Part shown: positions 1 to 12,781 of the stretch, in pieces
How positions within the stretch are numbered: the stretch's first letter is position 1
How the letters are laid out: each line of letters starts with the position of its first letter
NCBI RefSeq assembly: GCF_036365525.1
Contig: NW_027142006.1
Location: 10,354,001-10,418,000 of the forward strand
DNA: 64,000 nt
Origin: Heterodontus francisci
Lineage: Eukaryota
Direction of reading: 5' to 3'
Translations under genes and position numbers: made by a program
Notes under the pieces: generated by a model
What the model saw: the letters and a program-made list of their open reading frames with translations, nothing else
Told to the model about the DNA's origin: nothing
The model's database searches: none

Positions 1-689
1 ATGCTGCGGGAAGTGCTGAGTGTTTCCAGAATCTTCTGTTATTATCCAGATTTCCAGTGTGTGCAAAAAGTCTCTTTTTGAATAAAATATTCCCTGGGAA
101 GGAATTGTAAGATTTAGGTTCTGTGTTCACAGATACACAAAGAAGCGGGTCGAGCTCATAATGTCGAGCTCATAATAGTTTATTAAGAAGCAACAGTTTA
201 AATATAATATTAAGAAGTAACAGTTTATATATGAACAGTTTAATTATGGTAATGCATAAGCCAAACAGACAGAAAAGACAAACGACCCGTAACAGATTGA
301 ATGGATGACCGGTCCCGGATCATACAGTGGGGAAGAACAGTGTTGACAGTCTCCCCGACGATGAGGCAGGTGAGGTGTTGGTGTCCTCAGTCTTCTTGAG
401 CCAACCAAAGTGTCAATCTGAAGGCGACTCTTTCCCTCCCGAGAACCCAAAAAAGTGGCTCAACTTAGAGAGGCCGGAATGTGAGAAACTGCTGAGAATA
501 AGGGACCCTCGCAGCCAGGACACATTTCCCGGTGGATTTTCCAATAGAAACTGCGACTGGAGAGAGTCTTTGGGAAATGGAATTCCTGAATGGAGTGAAA
601 GAGTTAGTGATTGGTTTGTAGATGTTAAATCTGATTGGATGGCTGAAGAGACCAATTGTAGTATTACAATATAAAACCGTTGTGACATC

Positions 690-768
690 ATTGCCAATCG
701 CCCAATCACAATCTTAACTTTCCCCCATCCCTCATTTGCAAAGAGCTGTGGGATTGTCTATTTAATCC
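690..768 (+). promoter_or_regulatory. H2B promoter: CCAAT boxes, octamer-like ATTTGCAA, TATA-like TATTTAA
   Basis: Two CCAAT (~694, ~702), ATTTGCAA at 734-741 (1 mismatch to the H2B octamer ATTTGCAT), TATTTAA ~759; mirrored upstream of the second H2B (ATTAGCAT). Confidence 0.7.
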
Positions 769-818
769 GCACTCGGAAGGGGTTTGGTTTATTTCTGTGT
801 CTGAAATTGAATCTGAAA

Positions 819-1193
819 ATGCCTGAAGAGAAGAAAACAGCTGCTAAGAAGGGCGCCAAGAAAGCCTTAAATAAACCGTCAGCAAAGGGCGGCAAGAAGC
901 GGAGAAAGTCGAGGAAGGAGAGTTACTCCATCTACATCTACAAAGTGATGAAGCAGGTTCACCCCGACACCGGCATCTCCTCCAAGGCCATGAGCATCAT
1001 GAACTCGTTTGTGAACGATATTTTCGAGCGCATCGCGGGTGAGGCTTCCCGCCTGGCCCATTACAACAAGCGCAGCACCATCAGCTCCCGGGAGATCCAG
1101 ACCGCCGTGCGCCTGCTGCTGCCCGGGGAGCTGGCCAAGCACGCCATGTCGGAAGGAACAAAGGCGGTGACCAAGTACACCAGCTCCAAGTAA
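819..1193 (+). CDS. H2B: Histone H2B (replication-dependent), intact
   Basis: ATG at 819: MPEEKK...[26 protein letters not shown]...[10 protein letters not shown]; stem-loop follows. Confidence 0.97.
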   Translation: MPEEKKTAAKKGAKKALNKPSAKGGKKRRKSRKESYSIYIYKVMKQVHPDTGISSKAMSIMNSFVNDIFERIAGEASRLAHYNKRSTISSREIQTAVRLLLPGELAKHAMSEGTKAVTKYTSSK

Positions 1194-1230
1194 ATCTGCA
1201 CAATGGACTGAAAAACATCCCAAACACAAC

Positions 1231-1246
1231 GGCTCTTTTAAGAGCC
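1231..1246 (+). terminator. Histone 3' stem-loop (H2B)
   Basis: GGCTCTTTTAAGAGCC followed by ACCCA and a purine-rich HDE-like GAAAAAGCT. Confidence 0.93.
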
Positions 1247-2204
1247 ACCCACAATCTCTCTGAAAAAGCTACATCATCTCAATGGTATCGATTTGTTTTT
1301 TTTTATGAAGAGTCTGGAACTTTCTAATTGCCTTTCTGATCTCTGTTTTAACCCCATGGATTCTGGGTGATTCACTTTCACTGTTGAGATCTTTGTGTCT
1401 CTACTTATTAATGCCGTGTAAATTAATTACTGATCACTGACCCCAAGTGCGCTTGGATCTCGGACGCATTCATATTCGACCCCTTTCCTGTATCTCGTTA
1501 ATAAAAGCTGACAGATCAGTTCTCAGTCACTTGTTTCCCTTGTTCAAGCTCGGCCTCAATAATTAATAAGTACGTTATCTGGAAACCCCGCTGTTGTAGG
1601 AACCCTCAGTCTCACATTTCAACACCTGACAGTAAAAATCTTCTCTCCGCTTTTGTCTCCCACAAATAGGTTCAATCTAGAATCAGTGATGCGGTATCTT
1701 GACAAAGATTGATCTGAATTGTGTCAGCTTGCAGAATGCTGTGAATGAGACTTTCTGCCTCCGCTTACAGACTGTTTCAAAAAGGACTGAGAATAAACCC
1801 GAATAGATACCGGATTGTAAAAGTGTATCTGGAACTTGTGACGAAGTGTAGAATAATACAAGAGGAGAAAGATTTTAAATTTTTTTGCTGTAAAATGAAA
1901 TTGCCTGTTAATGCGATATTCTATATTGAAGCTGCTCCTTGTTTTACAGATATATTAGCGGGCTTTTCAAATGTAAAAAATCGGTTGGAGTCTGACAATT
2001 TAGCGCCGTTATTTTCCGCCGTTATTCAGCGTGGAATCTCCGGATTGGTGAATTAAGCAGCTCTGGGATTGGAAACATGAACCACATCATGAGATGCAGT
2101 AACAGAGTGACCAATCAGCAGCCTCCACCACTAACATCCCAGCCCAGAGGGACCAATGTCAGCAGATTTCAGCATTCTTTGTGAAAGTATTTGTGAGATT
2201 GTGG

Positions 2205-2999
2205 CCTGAGCAGACTGCCAAAGTCATTTGGCAGAATACCTCATCACCAGAACTTTCAAACAAGCACCAAGATGTAGCTTGGCTGGTGGTGAGAAGAGCC
2301 CTCCCCGTCAGATCCTTCCTGCATGCCCGAAGTCTCACCCCCTCCACACAATGCCCTCGAGGTGGCTGTGGTGGGGAAGAGATGGTTGCCCACCTCCTCC
2401 TGGAATGTGTCTTTGCAAAGCAGGTGTGGAAAGAGATGCAATGGTTTTTGGCGAGGTTCATCCCAAGCAGCTCTGTAGCACAGGGGCCTGTGCTCCACGG
2501 GCTGTTCCCAGGGACGCACACCGAGATAAACATCAACTGCTGCTGGAAGACTATCAATTTGGTGAAAGACGCCCTTTGGTCTGCACAAAACTTGCTGGTC
2601 TTCCAGCGCAAAGAGTTGTCCAGGACCGAATGTTGCGGACTGGCACATTCCAAGGTCCAGGACTACGTGCTGAGGGACGCACTAAAGATTGGGGCAGCCG
2701 CAGCAAAGGCTCAATGTGGAAAGATCACAGTGTAAGGTCCCCCCAGCAAAGTGAACGGAGGGGCTGGACCAATGGGAAACCCCTCAACTGTATCTAGAAA
2801 ATATTTGGTTTGCTGTAAAATGTACATAGCATGTAAAATGAAATGGAAGGGTTGTGAGGCAACTCACTCCTGTATTGAAAGAAACTAATCTCATTTGCAC
2901 TCCTTGTATTTTTCGACTTTGTGCTTTTTGGAACTGTTTGGTAATCTATTTTTTTTATAGTTTTTTATGAATAAAGTATACTTTGGAAATTTAAAAAAA
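2205..2999 (+). mobile_element. Tx1-clade non-LTR retrotransposon, 5'-truncated copy inserted at the H2A start codon
   Basis: ORF2 C-terminus with CPRGGCGGEEMVAHLLLEC zinc finger; 3' UTR ending ATGAATAAAGTATACTTTGGAAATTTAAAAAAA; preceded by H2A 5' UTR (CATTCTTTGTGAAAGTATTTGTGA) and followed by GTGTCTGGAAGAGG. Confidence 0.9.
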
Positions 3000-3000
3000 G

Positions 3001-3682
3001 TGTCTGGAAGAGGGGCAGCCACTGCAAAGTCTCAATGAGGTATAAACACTGTGTAAGGTTCTCCCACCAAAGTGAACTGAGGGGCTGGACCCATGGGAAA
3101 CCCCTCGGGCTGTATACACTGAATATGGGTTTGCTGTAAAATGGAAGGGTTGTGAGGAAACTCACTCCTGCATCAAAGAAAACTGATTTCCTTTGCACTT
3201 TTTGGGATGTCAACTTGGTGTTATTTTGAACTGTTTTGTACTGTATTTCTTTACAGATTTTTATGAATAAAGTATATTTTGGGGGAAAAGAGGAAGAAGA
3301 AAACACCAGCGGGAAAGCTCGGGACAGGGCCAAGGCCAAGTCTCACTCCTCCCGGGCTGGACTGCAGTTCCCGGTGGGCCGTGTTCACAGGCTCCTGAGA
3401 AAGGGCAACTATGCTGAGCGTGTGGGTGCCGGAGCCCCGGTCTATCTGGCTGCTGTGCTCGAGTATCTGACCACTGAAATCATCGAGCTGGCCGGTAACG
3501 CGGCCCGGGACAACAAGAAGAGCCGCATCATCCCCAGGCACCTGCAACTGGCCGTCCGCAACGACGAGGAGCTCAACAAGCTGCTGGGAAGGGAGGCCAT
3601 CGCTCAGGGCGGTGTGCTGCCTAATATCCAGGCCGTGCTGCTACCCAAGAAAACCAGCGCTCAGAGCTCCCAGAAAAAGTAA
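3001..3682 (+). pseudogene. H2A: Histone H2A disrupted at its start by two Tx1 insertions
   Basis: [34 protein letters not shown]...[14 protein letters not shown]; native ATG lost; several substitutions; stem-loop GACTCTTTTCAGAGCC at 3713-3728 is mutated. Confidence 0.9.
3014..3290 (+). mobile_element. Second, shorter Tx1 3' fragment in tandem in the same H2A gene
   Basis: Last ORF2 codons plus the 3' UTR (ACAGATTTTTATGAATAAAGTATATTTTGG) inserted after TGTCTGGAAGAGG; H2A resumes at GGAAGAAGAAAACACCAGC. Confidence 0.85.
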
Positions 3683-4437
3683 AGCGGCCAAAATGTCATC
3701 TAATAAACCAAAGACTCTTTTCAGAGCCACCCACAGTCTCTGTGAAAGGGTTGGTTACTGTCAGGAGGGAGTCAGAGATGGAGTTATTGTAATGGTGCAT
3801 TGACCAGTTTCACATCTGTCCAGGTGTGTTTTCCGTTCCCTCTCTGGATTTCGCTCTGCTCCTCTGCTCACACATCCCCCTGCACCCTTCCCCCACCCCT
3901 AATTAAATGAAGAACTGAACTACATGATGTCAATCAACAATTTAATAAATGCCGCCACCTTCAATTTCATAAATTTGGAGACCCTCCCGGTGCATTAATG
4001 ATAAGTGGTTTGGTGCTGATGAATTAATTTAATAATGGAAGTATCTGGGTCAATTCTGGTCTGTTTTTCATTGAGACAGTTTGAATTCTTTTTTCTCTCT
4101 CCGGTGATCAATGAGAATCTGCTCCCGGAACAGAGCAAGTGCAGGAAGGAAGAGGCCATTCTCGGGCTGTGTGTGGACAAGGTAAGGGAGACAGAACGGG
4201 AAGAATCTGCTATTGAAAATCATTGTTGTTTTCTGTCCTCAAACCTGTAATGCACGTTCCTGGTTTGGCTTTAGTTTCACACTGTTTGTTGTTCTTGAAC
4301 AGTGAATAGAGGAAATAGAGCCGGGCAGTAGGGATGTGGGCAGTTATGCGAACAACAACTATTGCTGTCACTCGGTAAGTATCGAGGAAATATTTTAAAC
4401 AGCGGCTGTCGATTTCGGTTGAATTGTTGGTCCAATG

Positions 4438-6158
4438 AGAAACAAGGAAATGGCAGAGACTTTGAACAAGTATTTTGACTCAGTCTTCATGGTAGAAAAC
4501 ACTAAAAGCATCCAAAGAATAGTATAAAATCAAGGGGAAAAGGAGGGAAGGAACTTGAAACGATCATTGTCGCTGGAAAAAATGTATGAGGAAAACTAAT
4601 GGGACTAAAATCTGACAGATCCCCTAGACCTGATGGCCTGCATCCCAGAGTTTAAAAGAAATGGCTCCAGCCATAGTGGATGCGTTGGTTGTAATCTTCG
4701 TCAATTCACGAGATTCTGGAACAGTGCCAGTGGATATTAAAACCACAAATGTAAAACCCCTATTCAAAAAGCAGGTAATGATAGGCCTGCTAGCCGAATG
4801 TCTGTCATTGGGAAAATGCTGGAATCCATGATTAAGTAAGTGGTAGCAGAACATTCAGAAAATTAAAGTACAATCATGCAGAGTCAACATGGATTTATGA
4901 AAGGGAAACCATGTTTGACAAAATTATTAGAGTTCTTTGAGGATGTAACAAGCAGGGTATATGAAGGGGAACCAGTAGATGTAGTGTATTTGGATTTTAA
5001 AAGCGTTCGATAAAGTGCCATGTAAAAAGTTACAACACAAGATAAGAGCTCATGGTGTTCAGGTGTAATATGTTAGCACGGATAGAGGATTGGCTAACTA
5101 ACAAGAAACAGAGAATTGGGTTAAATGGGTCATTTTTCAGGTTGGCAAACTAACTAGTGGGGTGCCACAGGGATTGGTGTTGGGGCCTCAACTACTTACA
5201 ATCTATATTAATAACTTGGATGAAGGGATCGAGTGTATTGTAATCAAATTTGCTGGGGATACAAAGATAGGTGGGAAAGCAAGTTGTGAGGAGGACACAA
5301 TGAGTTTGCAAAGGGATAAAGACAGGTTAAGTGTGTGGACAAAAATTTGGCAATGAAGTATAATGTGGGAAAATGTGAGGTTATCCACTTTGGTATGACG
5401 TATAGAAAAGCAGAATATTATTTAATTCGAGAGAGAATGCAGAATACTGTGGTACAGAGGGATCTGGGTGTCCTCATATATGAATCACAATATGTTAGCA
5501 TGAAAACACAGCAAGTAATTAGGAAGGCAAATGGAATGTTGGTGTTTATTGCAAGGGGGATGGGGTATAAATGTGCAGGTTGTTGGTTCGACCACACCTT
5601 GAGTGTTGCATGCAGTTTTGGTCTCCTTATTTAAGGAGAGATATATTTGCATTGGAGGTAGTTCAGTTAAGTACCACTAGGTTGATTTCTGGGATAAAGG
5701 TGTTGTGTTATGTGGAAAGGTTGACCTGGTTGTGGTGCACTCATTGGAGTTTAGAAGAATGAGAGTCAATCTTATTGAAATACATAAGATTCTGAGGGGG
5801 CTTGACAAGGTATTTGCTGAAATGATGTTTCCCCTCATGAGGGAATCGAGAACTATGGGGGAACAGTTTCAAAATAAGGAGTCTCTCATTTTAGATGGAG
5901 TCGAGGAGGAATTTCTTCTCACAAAGGGCTGCTATTCTTTGGAATTATCTACCCAAGAGGATGGTGGCGGTTAGTCATTGAATATATTCAAGGTTGAGTT
6001 AGACTGACTTTTGATCTACAAGGGAATAATTGGTTATAGGGGCAGGCAGGATAGTGGAGTTGAGGCCATGATTAGATCTGCCATGATCTTATTGAATGGT
6101 GGAACAGGCTCGAGTGGCAGAATAGCCTAATCCTGCTCTTAGTTATTATGTTCTTATG
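4438..6158 (+). mobile_element. Degraded CR1 LINE (ORF2 RT plus 3' end)
   Basis: Fragments PQGLVLGPQL...KFAGDTKIGG and LVRPHLECCMQFWSPY; TTATG-type tail. Confidence 0.85.
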
Positions 6159-6189
6159 CTATAATGCCAGATGGAAATAAAAATCTGAC

Positions 6190-6696
6190 AGAGACTGCAA
6201 TTTGAAGACAACAGAAGGCAGGTCTCTCTCTCTCTTTCACACACACATGCAGAGTCCCAGAGACCCATGGGAGTAGCTCAACCCTCAAGACAGAAGACCA
6301 GCGAAACAAGTTTGAAAGTGTGCACTGGTCCCCAACAAGAACTGCAAGCCATAACAGCAATCAAAGACTTTCCATCAAACCCAAAGCCAGCAACTGAACT
6401 CCAGCTATTGCTTCAAATCTTTTCCCCTTTTCCGTTTCTATTTGTGTGTCTGTTTATCACATATGCACGCTAGCGTGGTTGTGCTGCGTATCTTTATTCA
6501 TTTTAACTGAATTAGATTTTTAAGGTTAATAAACTTACACTGTTCTTTTTTAAATCTGAGAAAACATGCCTGGTTGATTTCTTTGCCATTAGAATTAGGG
6601 AGTAGTGAAGCTAAAACATGGTGTTTTAAAAAGTTAAACCCTGTTACAGGTAAGGAAGAGGCTGAGAGGGGGAGCCTTTCTCACCTGGTCGTAACA
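6190..6696 (+). mobile_element. Possible LTR remnant
   Basis: AATAAA-containing segment ending ...CTGGTCGTAACA; absent from the paralogous arm; no TSD identified. Confidence 0.3.
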
Positions 6697-8214
6697 ATGA
6701 CTTTTCTAGCTTCTACCTCAATTGATCTTGAGTTACAGAGATATTTTTCTTTCTCCCTGTAGGCAAAAGCTTGAAGGAACCTGAAGGAAGGTGGTGATTC
6801 CCCAGCACAAGGAAAAGTGCAGTCCACTCCTTCTAACACAGAGTAGGTACATTATCACACCCAGAGCACAGAGAAACAGACAGGCCATGAGTTCCACAGG
6901 CACAGAGAGCAGAAGTAGTCAGACTCGCACAGATCCCAAGTTCCAGAGACACATTTTCAATCCAGCAGACAATCAAACAATGCAGGAGTGGCAGAAGTTG
7001 TTTCCAATTCACCCCAACTCAGTACTGCTGAAAGGTAGGTCTATCAATCTCAGTTCAAAATCACACCCACCATCAGATTGAAAGGCACCGGATTAATCCC
7101 ACAAAAGTGCAGCCTAAGCTACAAATTAAATATCAGGTAGAGCAGCTGATGGAAAGGTACAGAATGAATCCTTAGCATGTAGCCCAGACTGCATACTCAG
7201 TGACAGATTACAATGTAGTACAAACATCTCATACAGTATCAAAAATAAAGTTATAGTATTATGTCAATTAGTGCACACTGCACTACTCATTTCATACCAG
7301 TCCAATAATCTCTGTAAGAGCTGTAACGAAAGATAGAGTATCAATTCAATGATTCTAATTGTACTGAGCACACCATTTGTGAGTTTGACATATATGCCAT
7401 CATTCACAAATGTGTTCAGTTAAAGACTAAATATTAGTCCAAAACAGATAGCAATGAGGAAAACCCTCTTTACTCAGAGCGTTGGTAAACATTTGGAATT
7501 CTGTACCCCAGAGGGCTGTGGAAGCTCAGTCATTGAGTATGTTTAAAGCAGAGAGTGACAGATTTCTAAATACAGATGACATAAGGGGAAATGAGGATAG
7601 TGTGTGAAAAAGGCATTGAAGTGGATGATCAGCCATGATCATATTGAATGGCAGAGCATGCTCAATCGGCTGAATGTCCTGCTCCTATGATCCTATGTTC
7701 CTAAAATTCTCACACCACAACTCAATAAAACACGCAGTTAAAATGTGATCCATATTTTGAAATACAAATGAGGCAAGCAAATCGTGACACATTATGGCAT
7801 TAAACAAATAGTTCTCAATACCATCACTGAGATACATATTAAGTGCAGGTACAGAGGAATCCTCTACCAGAATTTCATAGATACACAATGTATCACATTT
7901 GCAGACAATGGCAGTAGCTGAGAGATACAAAATTAATCCCACTGTAACTGACTGTCTGAGAAACAGACACATAAAAAATGAATTGTAACACACATTCAGT
8001 ACCAGAGACTGCCAAATGCAGAATGAGCCCTGGATGTGCACATGCAGAGTGTACCAGAAATTGACTGATACTGAATGAGACCCAGACTCATATGCAGTAC
8101 CAGAGACTAACAGCTGAAGAATAAAACCAACATTCACTTCCAGTACCAGAAAATAATATATGCATAACAGATATCACTCATGTACAGTAGCAGAGATTGA
8201 CAAACAACAGAATG

Positions 8215-11200
8215 CAGTTTGACAGTCGGGAAGGTGCGAGAGCGAGCTTACAGCTGGGAAGTCAATTTCAGTGGAAGTTTAAAAGTTAATTCCCTTTTGT
8301 TTTCAGAGGACCAGGGGACTGCTGGGTAAGTAAAAACTATATATTTGGGTGGTTTATAATCTCTTTCTTTTAGTTTTGGTGACTGCAGCTTGACAGTAGC
8401 GAAGGTGCGAGAGCGAGCTTACAGCTGGGAAGTCAATTTCAGTGGGAGTTTAAAAGTTAATTCCCTTTTGTTTTCGGAGGACCAGGGGACTGCTGGGTAA
8501 GTAAAAACTATATATTTGGGTGGTTTATAATCTCTTTCTTTTAGTTTTGGTGACTGCAGCTTGACAGTAGCGAAGGTGCGAGAGCGAGCTTGCAGCTGGG
8601 AAGTCAATTTCAGTGGGAGTTTAAAAGTTAATTCCCTTTTGTTTTCGGAGGGCCAGGGGACTGCTGGGTAAGTAAAAACTATATATTTGGGTGGTGGCTG
8701 TACCCGAGACACTACACGTGTAGTGTCTCCCACCCACCCTCCTCCTCTAACAAAAAAAAAGGACTCTGTTGTGTTGATATGGTAAGCTTTTTATTTAAGA
8801 AGTTCTGTCCGTTGGCTTGCTAACCTAACAAGTTTTGACAGTGTTTTGGTTTTTCAGTAGATTTGTTGGGAATTTAGAATAGAGGGAATGGAAGTGAAGG
8901 CAGTTGTATGTTCCTCCTGCGGAATGTGGGAGGTCAGGGTCGCCAAGAGTGTCCCTGCTGACTGCATCTGCGGGAAGTGCACCCAACTCCAGCTCCTCGA
9001 GAACCGCGTTAGGGAACAGGAGCTGGAGCTGGATGAACTTCGGATCATTCGGGAGGCGGAGGGGGTTATTGAGAGGAGTTATGGGGAGGTAGTCACACCT
9101 CAGGTAAAAGTAGGTAGATGGGTTACCGTCAGGGGAAGGAGAGGGAACCAGCAGGCAGTGCAGGGATCCCCTCTGGCCCTTTCCCTCAACAACAGGTATA
9201 CCGTTTTGGATACTGTTGCGGGGGACGACTTACCAGGGGTAAGCAATGGGGTACAGGTATCTGGCACAGAGTCTGTCCCTGTTGCTCAGAAGGGAAGGGG
9301 AAGAGGAGCAGAGCTTTAGTCATTGGGGACTCCATAGTTAGGGGAACAGATAGGAGGTTCTGTGGGAACGAGAGAGACGCACGGTTGGTATGTTGCCTCC
9401 CAGGTGCCAGGGTTCGTGATGTCTCGGATCGTGTTTTTGGGATCCTTAAGGGGGAGGGGGAGCAGCCCCAAGTTGTGGTCCACATAGGCACCAACGACAT
9501 AGGTAGGAAGAGAGATGGGGATTTAAGACAGAAATTCAGGGAGCTAGGGTGGAAGCTTAGGGCGAGAACAAACAGAGTTGTTATCTCTGGGTTGTTGCCC
9601 GTGCCACGTGATAGCGAAGCGAGGAATAGGGAGAGAGAGGAGTTGAACATGTGGCTGCAGGGATGGTGTAGGAGGGAGGGTTTTGGTTTCCTGGATAATT
9701 GGGGCTCTTTCTGGGTAGGTGGGACCTCTACAAACAGGATGGTCTTCACCTGAACCAGAGGGGTACCAATATCCTGGGGGGGGGGGGGAGATTTGCTAGT
9801 GCTTTTCGGGGGGGTTTAACCTAATTCAGCAGGGGAATGGGAACCTAAAATGTAGTGCCAGTGTACAGGATGTGGAGAAGTGAGGTCAGGGATAAGGTTA
9901 CAAGGACGCAAGAGGGCACTGGCAAGCAAGAAACTGGTTTAAAGTGTGTCTACTTCAACGCCAGGAGCATCCGGTACAAGGTGGGTGAGCTTGCAGCATG
10001 GGTTCATACCTGGGATCTCGATGTAGTGGCCATTTCGGAGACATGGGGAGAGCAGGGGCAGGAATGGATGTTGCAGTTTCCGGGATTTAGATGTTTCAGT
10101 AAGAACAGAGAAGAGGGTAAAAGAGGGGGGGGGAGGGTGTGGCATTGTTAATCAAGGAGAGTATGACAGCGACAGAAAGGACGTTTGAGGACTCGTCTAC
10201 TGAGGTAGTATGGGCCGAGGTTAGAAACAGGAGAGGTGAGGTCACCCTGTTGGGAGTCTTTTATAGACCGCCAAATAGTTCCAGAGATGTAGAGGAAAGG
10301 ATAGCGAAGATGATTCTCGACAGGGGCGAGAGTAACAGGGTAGTTGTTATGGGGGACTTTAACTTTCCAAATATCGACTGGAAATACTATAGTTCGAGTA
10401 CTTTAGATGGGTCTGTTTTTGTCCAGTGTGTGCAGGAGGGTTTTCTGACACAGTATGGAGACAGACCAACCAGGATGCCACATTGGATTTGGTACTGGGT
10501 CATGAACCCGGCCAGGTGTTAGATTTAGATGTAGGTGAGCACTTTGGTGATAGTGATCACAATTCGGTTAGGTTTATCTTAGCGATGGGCAGGGACAGGT
10601 ATATACTGCAGGGCAAAAATTATAGCTGGGGGAAAGGAAATTATGATGCGATTCGGCAAGATTTAGGATGTGTAGGATGGGGAAGGAAACTGCAGGGGAT
10701 GTGAACAATCGAAATGTGGAGCTTATTCAAGGAGCATCTACTGCGTGTTCTTGATAAGTATGTACCTGTCAGGCAGGGAGGAAGTTGTCGAGCGAGGGAG
10801 CCGTGGTTTACTAAAGAAGTTGAAGCGCATGTCAAGAGGAAGAAGAAGGCTTATGTTAGGATGAGACGTGAAGGCTCAGTTAGGGCGCTTGAGAGTTACA
10901 AGCTAGCTAGGAAGGATCGAAAGGGAGAGCTAAGAAGAGCAAGGAGAGGACACGAGAAGTCATTGGCGGATAGGATCAGGGAAAACCCTTAGGCTTTCTA
11001 TAGGTATATCAGGAATAAAAGAATGACGAGAGTTAGATTAGGGCCAATCAAGGATAGTAGTGGGAAGTTGTGTGTGGAATCAGAGGAGGTAGGGGAAGTG
11101 TTAAATGAATATTTTGCGTCAGTATTTACAGTAGAGACAGAAAATGTTGTCGAGGGGAATACTGAGAATCAGGCTACTAGGCTAGATGGGATTGAGGTTC

Positions 11201-12781
11201 ACAAGGAGGAGGTATTATCAATTTTGGAGAGTCTGAAAATAGATAAGTCCCCTGGGCCAGATGGGATTTATCCGAGGATTCACTGGGAAGCTAGGGAGGA
11301 GATTGCAGAGCCTTTGTCCTTGATCTTTATCGTCATTGTCGACAGGAATAGTGCCGGAAGACTGGAGAATAGCAAATGTTGTCCCCTTGTTCAAGAAGGG
11401 GAGTAGAGACAGCTCTGGTAATTATAGACCTGTGAGCCTTACTTCGGTTGTGGGTAAAATGTTGGAAAAGGTTATAAGAGACAGGATTTATAATCATCTT
11501 GAAAACAATAAGTTCATTAGCGATAGTCAGCACGGTTTTGTGAAGGGTAGGTCGTGCCTCACAAACCTTATTGAGTTTTTCGACAAGGTGACCAAACAGG
11601 TGGATGAGGGTAAAGCAGTGGATGTGGTGTATATGGATTTCAGTAAGGCGTTTGATAAGGTTCCCCAAGGTAGGCTACTGCAGAAAATACGGAAGTATGG
11701 GGTTGAAGGTGATTTAGAGCTTTGGATCAGAAATTGGCCAGCTGAAAGAAGACAGAGGGTGGTGTTTGATGGCAAATGTTCATCCTGGAATTTAGTTACT
11801 AGTGGTGTACCGCAAGGATCTGTTTTGGGGCCACTGCTGTTTGTCATTTTTATAAGTGACCTGGAAGAGGGTGCAGAAGGGTGGGTGAGTAAATTTGTGG
11901 ATAACACGAAGGTCGGTGGAGTTGTGGATAGTGCCGAAGGATGTTGTAGGGTTCAGAGGGACATAGATAGGCTGCAGAGCTGGGCTGAGAGATGGAAAAT
12001 GGAGTTTAATGCAGAAAAGTGTGAGGTGATTCACTTTGGAAGGAGTAACAGGAATGCAGAGTACTGGGCTAATGGGAAGATTCTTGGTAATGTAGATGAA
12101 CAGAGAGATCTTGGTGTCCAGGTGCATAAATCCCTGAACGTTGCTACCCAGGTTAATAGGGCTGTTAAGAAGGCATATGGTGTGTTAGCTTTTATTAGTA
12201 GGGGGATCGAGTTTCGGAGCCACGAGGTCATGCTGCAGCTGTACAAAACTCTGGTGAGACCGCACCTGGAGTATTGCAAGCAGTTTTGGTCACCGCATTA
12301 TAGGAAGGATGTGGAAGCTATGGAATGGGTGCAGAGGAGATTTACTAGGATGTTGCCTGGTATGGAGGGAAGGTCTTACGAGGAAAGGCTGAGGGACTTG
12401 AGGTCGTTTTCGTTGGAGAGAAGGAGGAGGAGAGGTGACTTAATAGAGACATATAAGATAATCAGAGGGTTGGATAGGGTGGATAGTGAGAGTTTTTTTC
12501 CTCGGATGGTGATGGCAAACACGAGATGACATAGCTTTAAGTTGAGGAGTGATAGATATAGGACAGATGTCAGAGGTAGTTTCTTTACTCAGAGTAGTAG
12601 GGGCGTGGAATGCCCTGCCAGCAACAGTAGTGGACTCGCCAACTTTAAGGGCATTTAAGTGGTCATTGGATAGACATATGGATGAAAATGGAATAGTGTA
12701 GGTCAGATGGTTTCACAGGTCAGCGCAACATCGAGGGCCGAAGGGCCTGTACTGCGCTGTAATGTTCTAATTCTAATTCTA
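8215..12781 (+). mobile_element. Full-length but frameshifted CR1 LINE (tandem-repeat 5' UTR, ORF1 zinc finger + SGNH esterase, ORF2 APE-RT)
   Basis: ORF1 CSSCGMW..CGKC, VIGDSIVRG, HIGTNDIG; ORF2 YFNARSI, ISETW, MGDFNFP, PQGSVLGP; (AATTCT)n tail; TSD AGAATG at 8209-8214/12782-12787; empty site in the other arm ~56640. Confidence 0.93.
8220..8695 (+). repeat. 171-bp tandem repeat (~2.8 units) in the CR1 5' UTR
   Basis: Units start TGACAGT at 8220, 8391 and 8562 and are near-identical. Confidence 0.9.

Noticed and set aside
149-245. Short tandem duplications (GTCGAGCTCATAAT x2; TATTAAGAAG.AACAGTTT x2)
   Set aside because: Two-copy slippage-type duplications with no further structure.
327-674. 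115-aa ORF upstream of H2B
   Set aside because: GTG start, runs through the H2B promoter, no recognisable domain.
8220-8695. CRISPR-like array
   Set aside because: Whole units repeat with no unique spacers; the context is a eukaryotic CR1 5' UTR.
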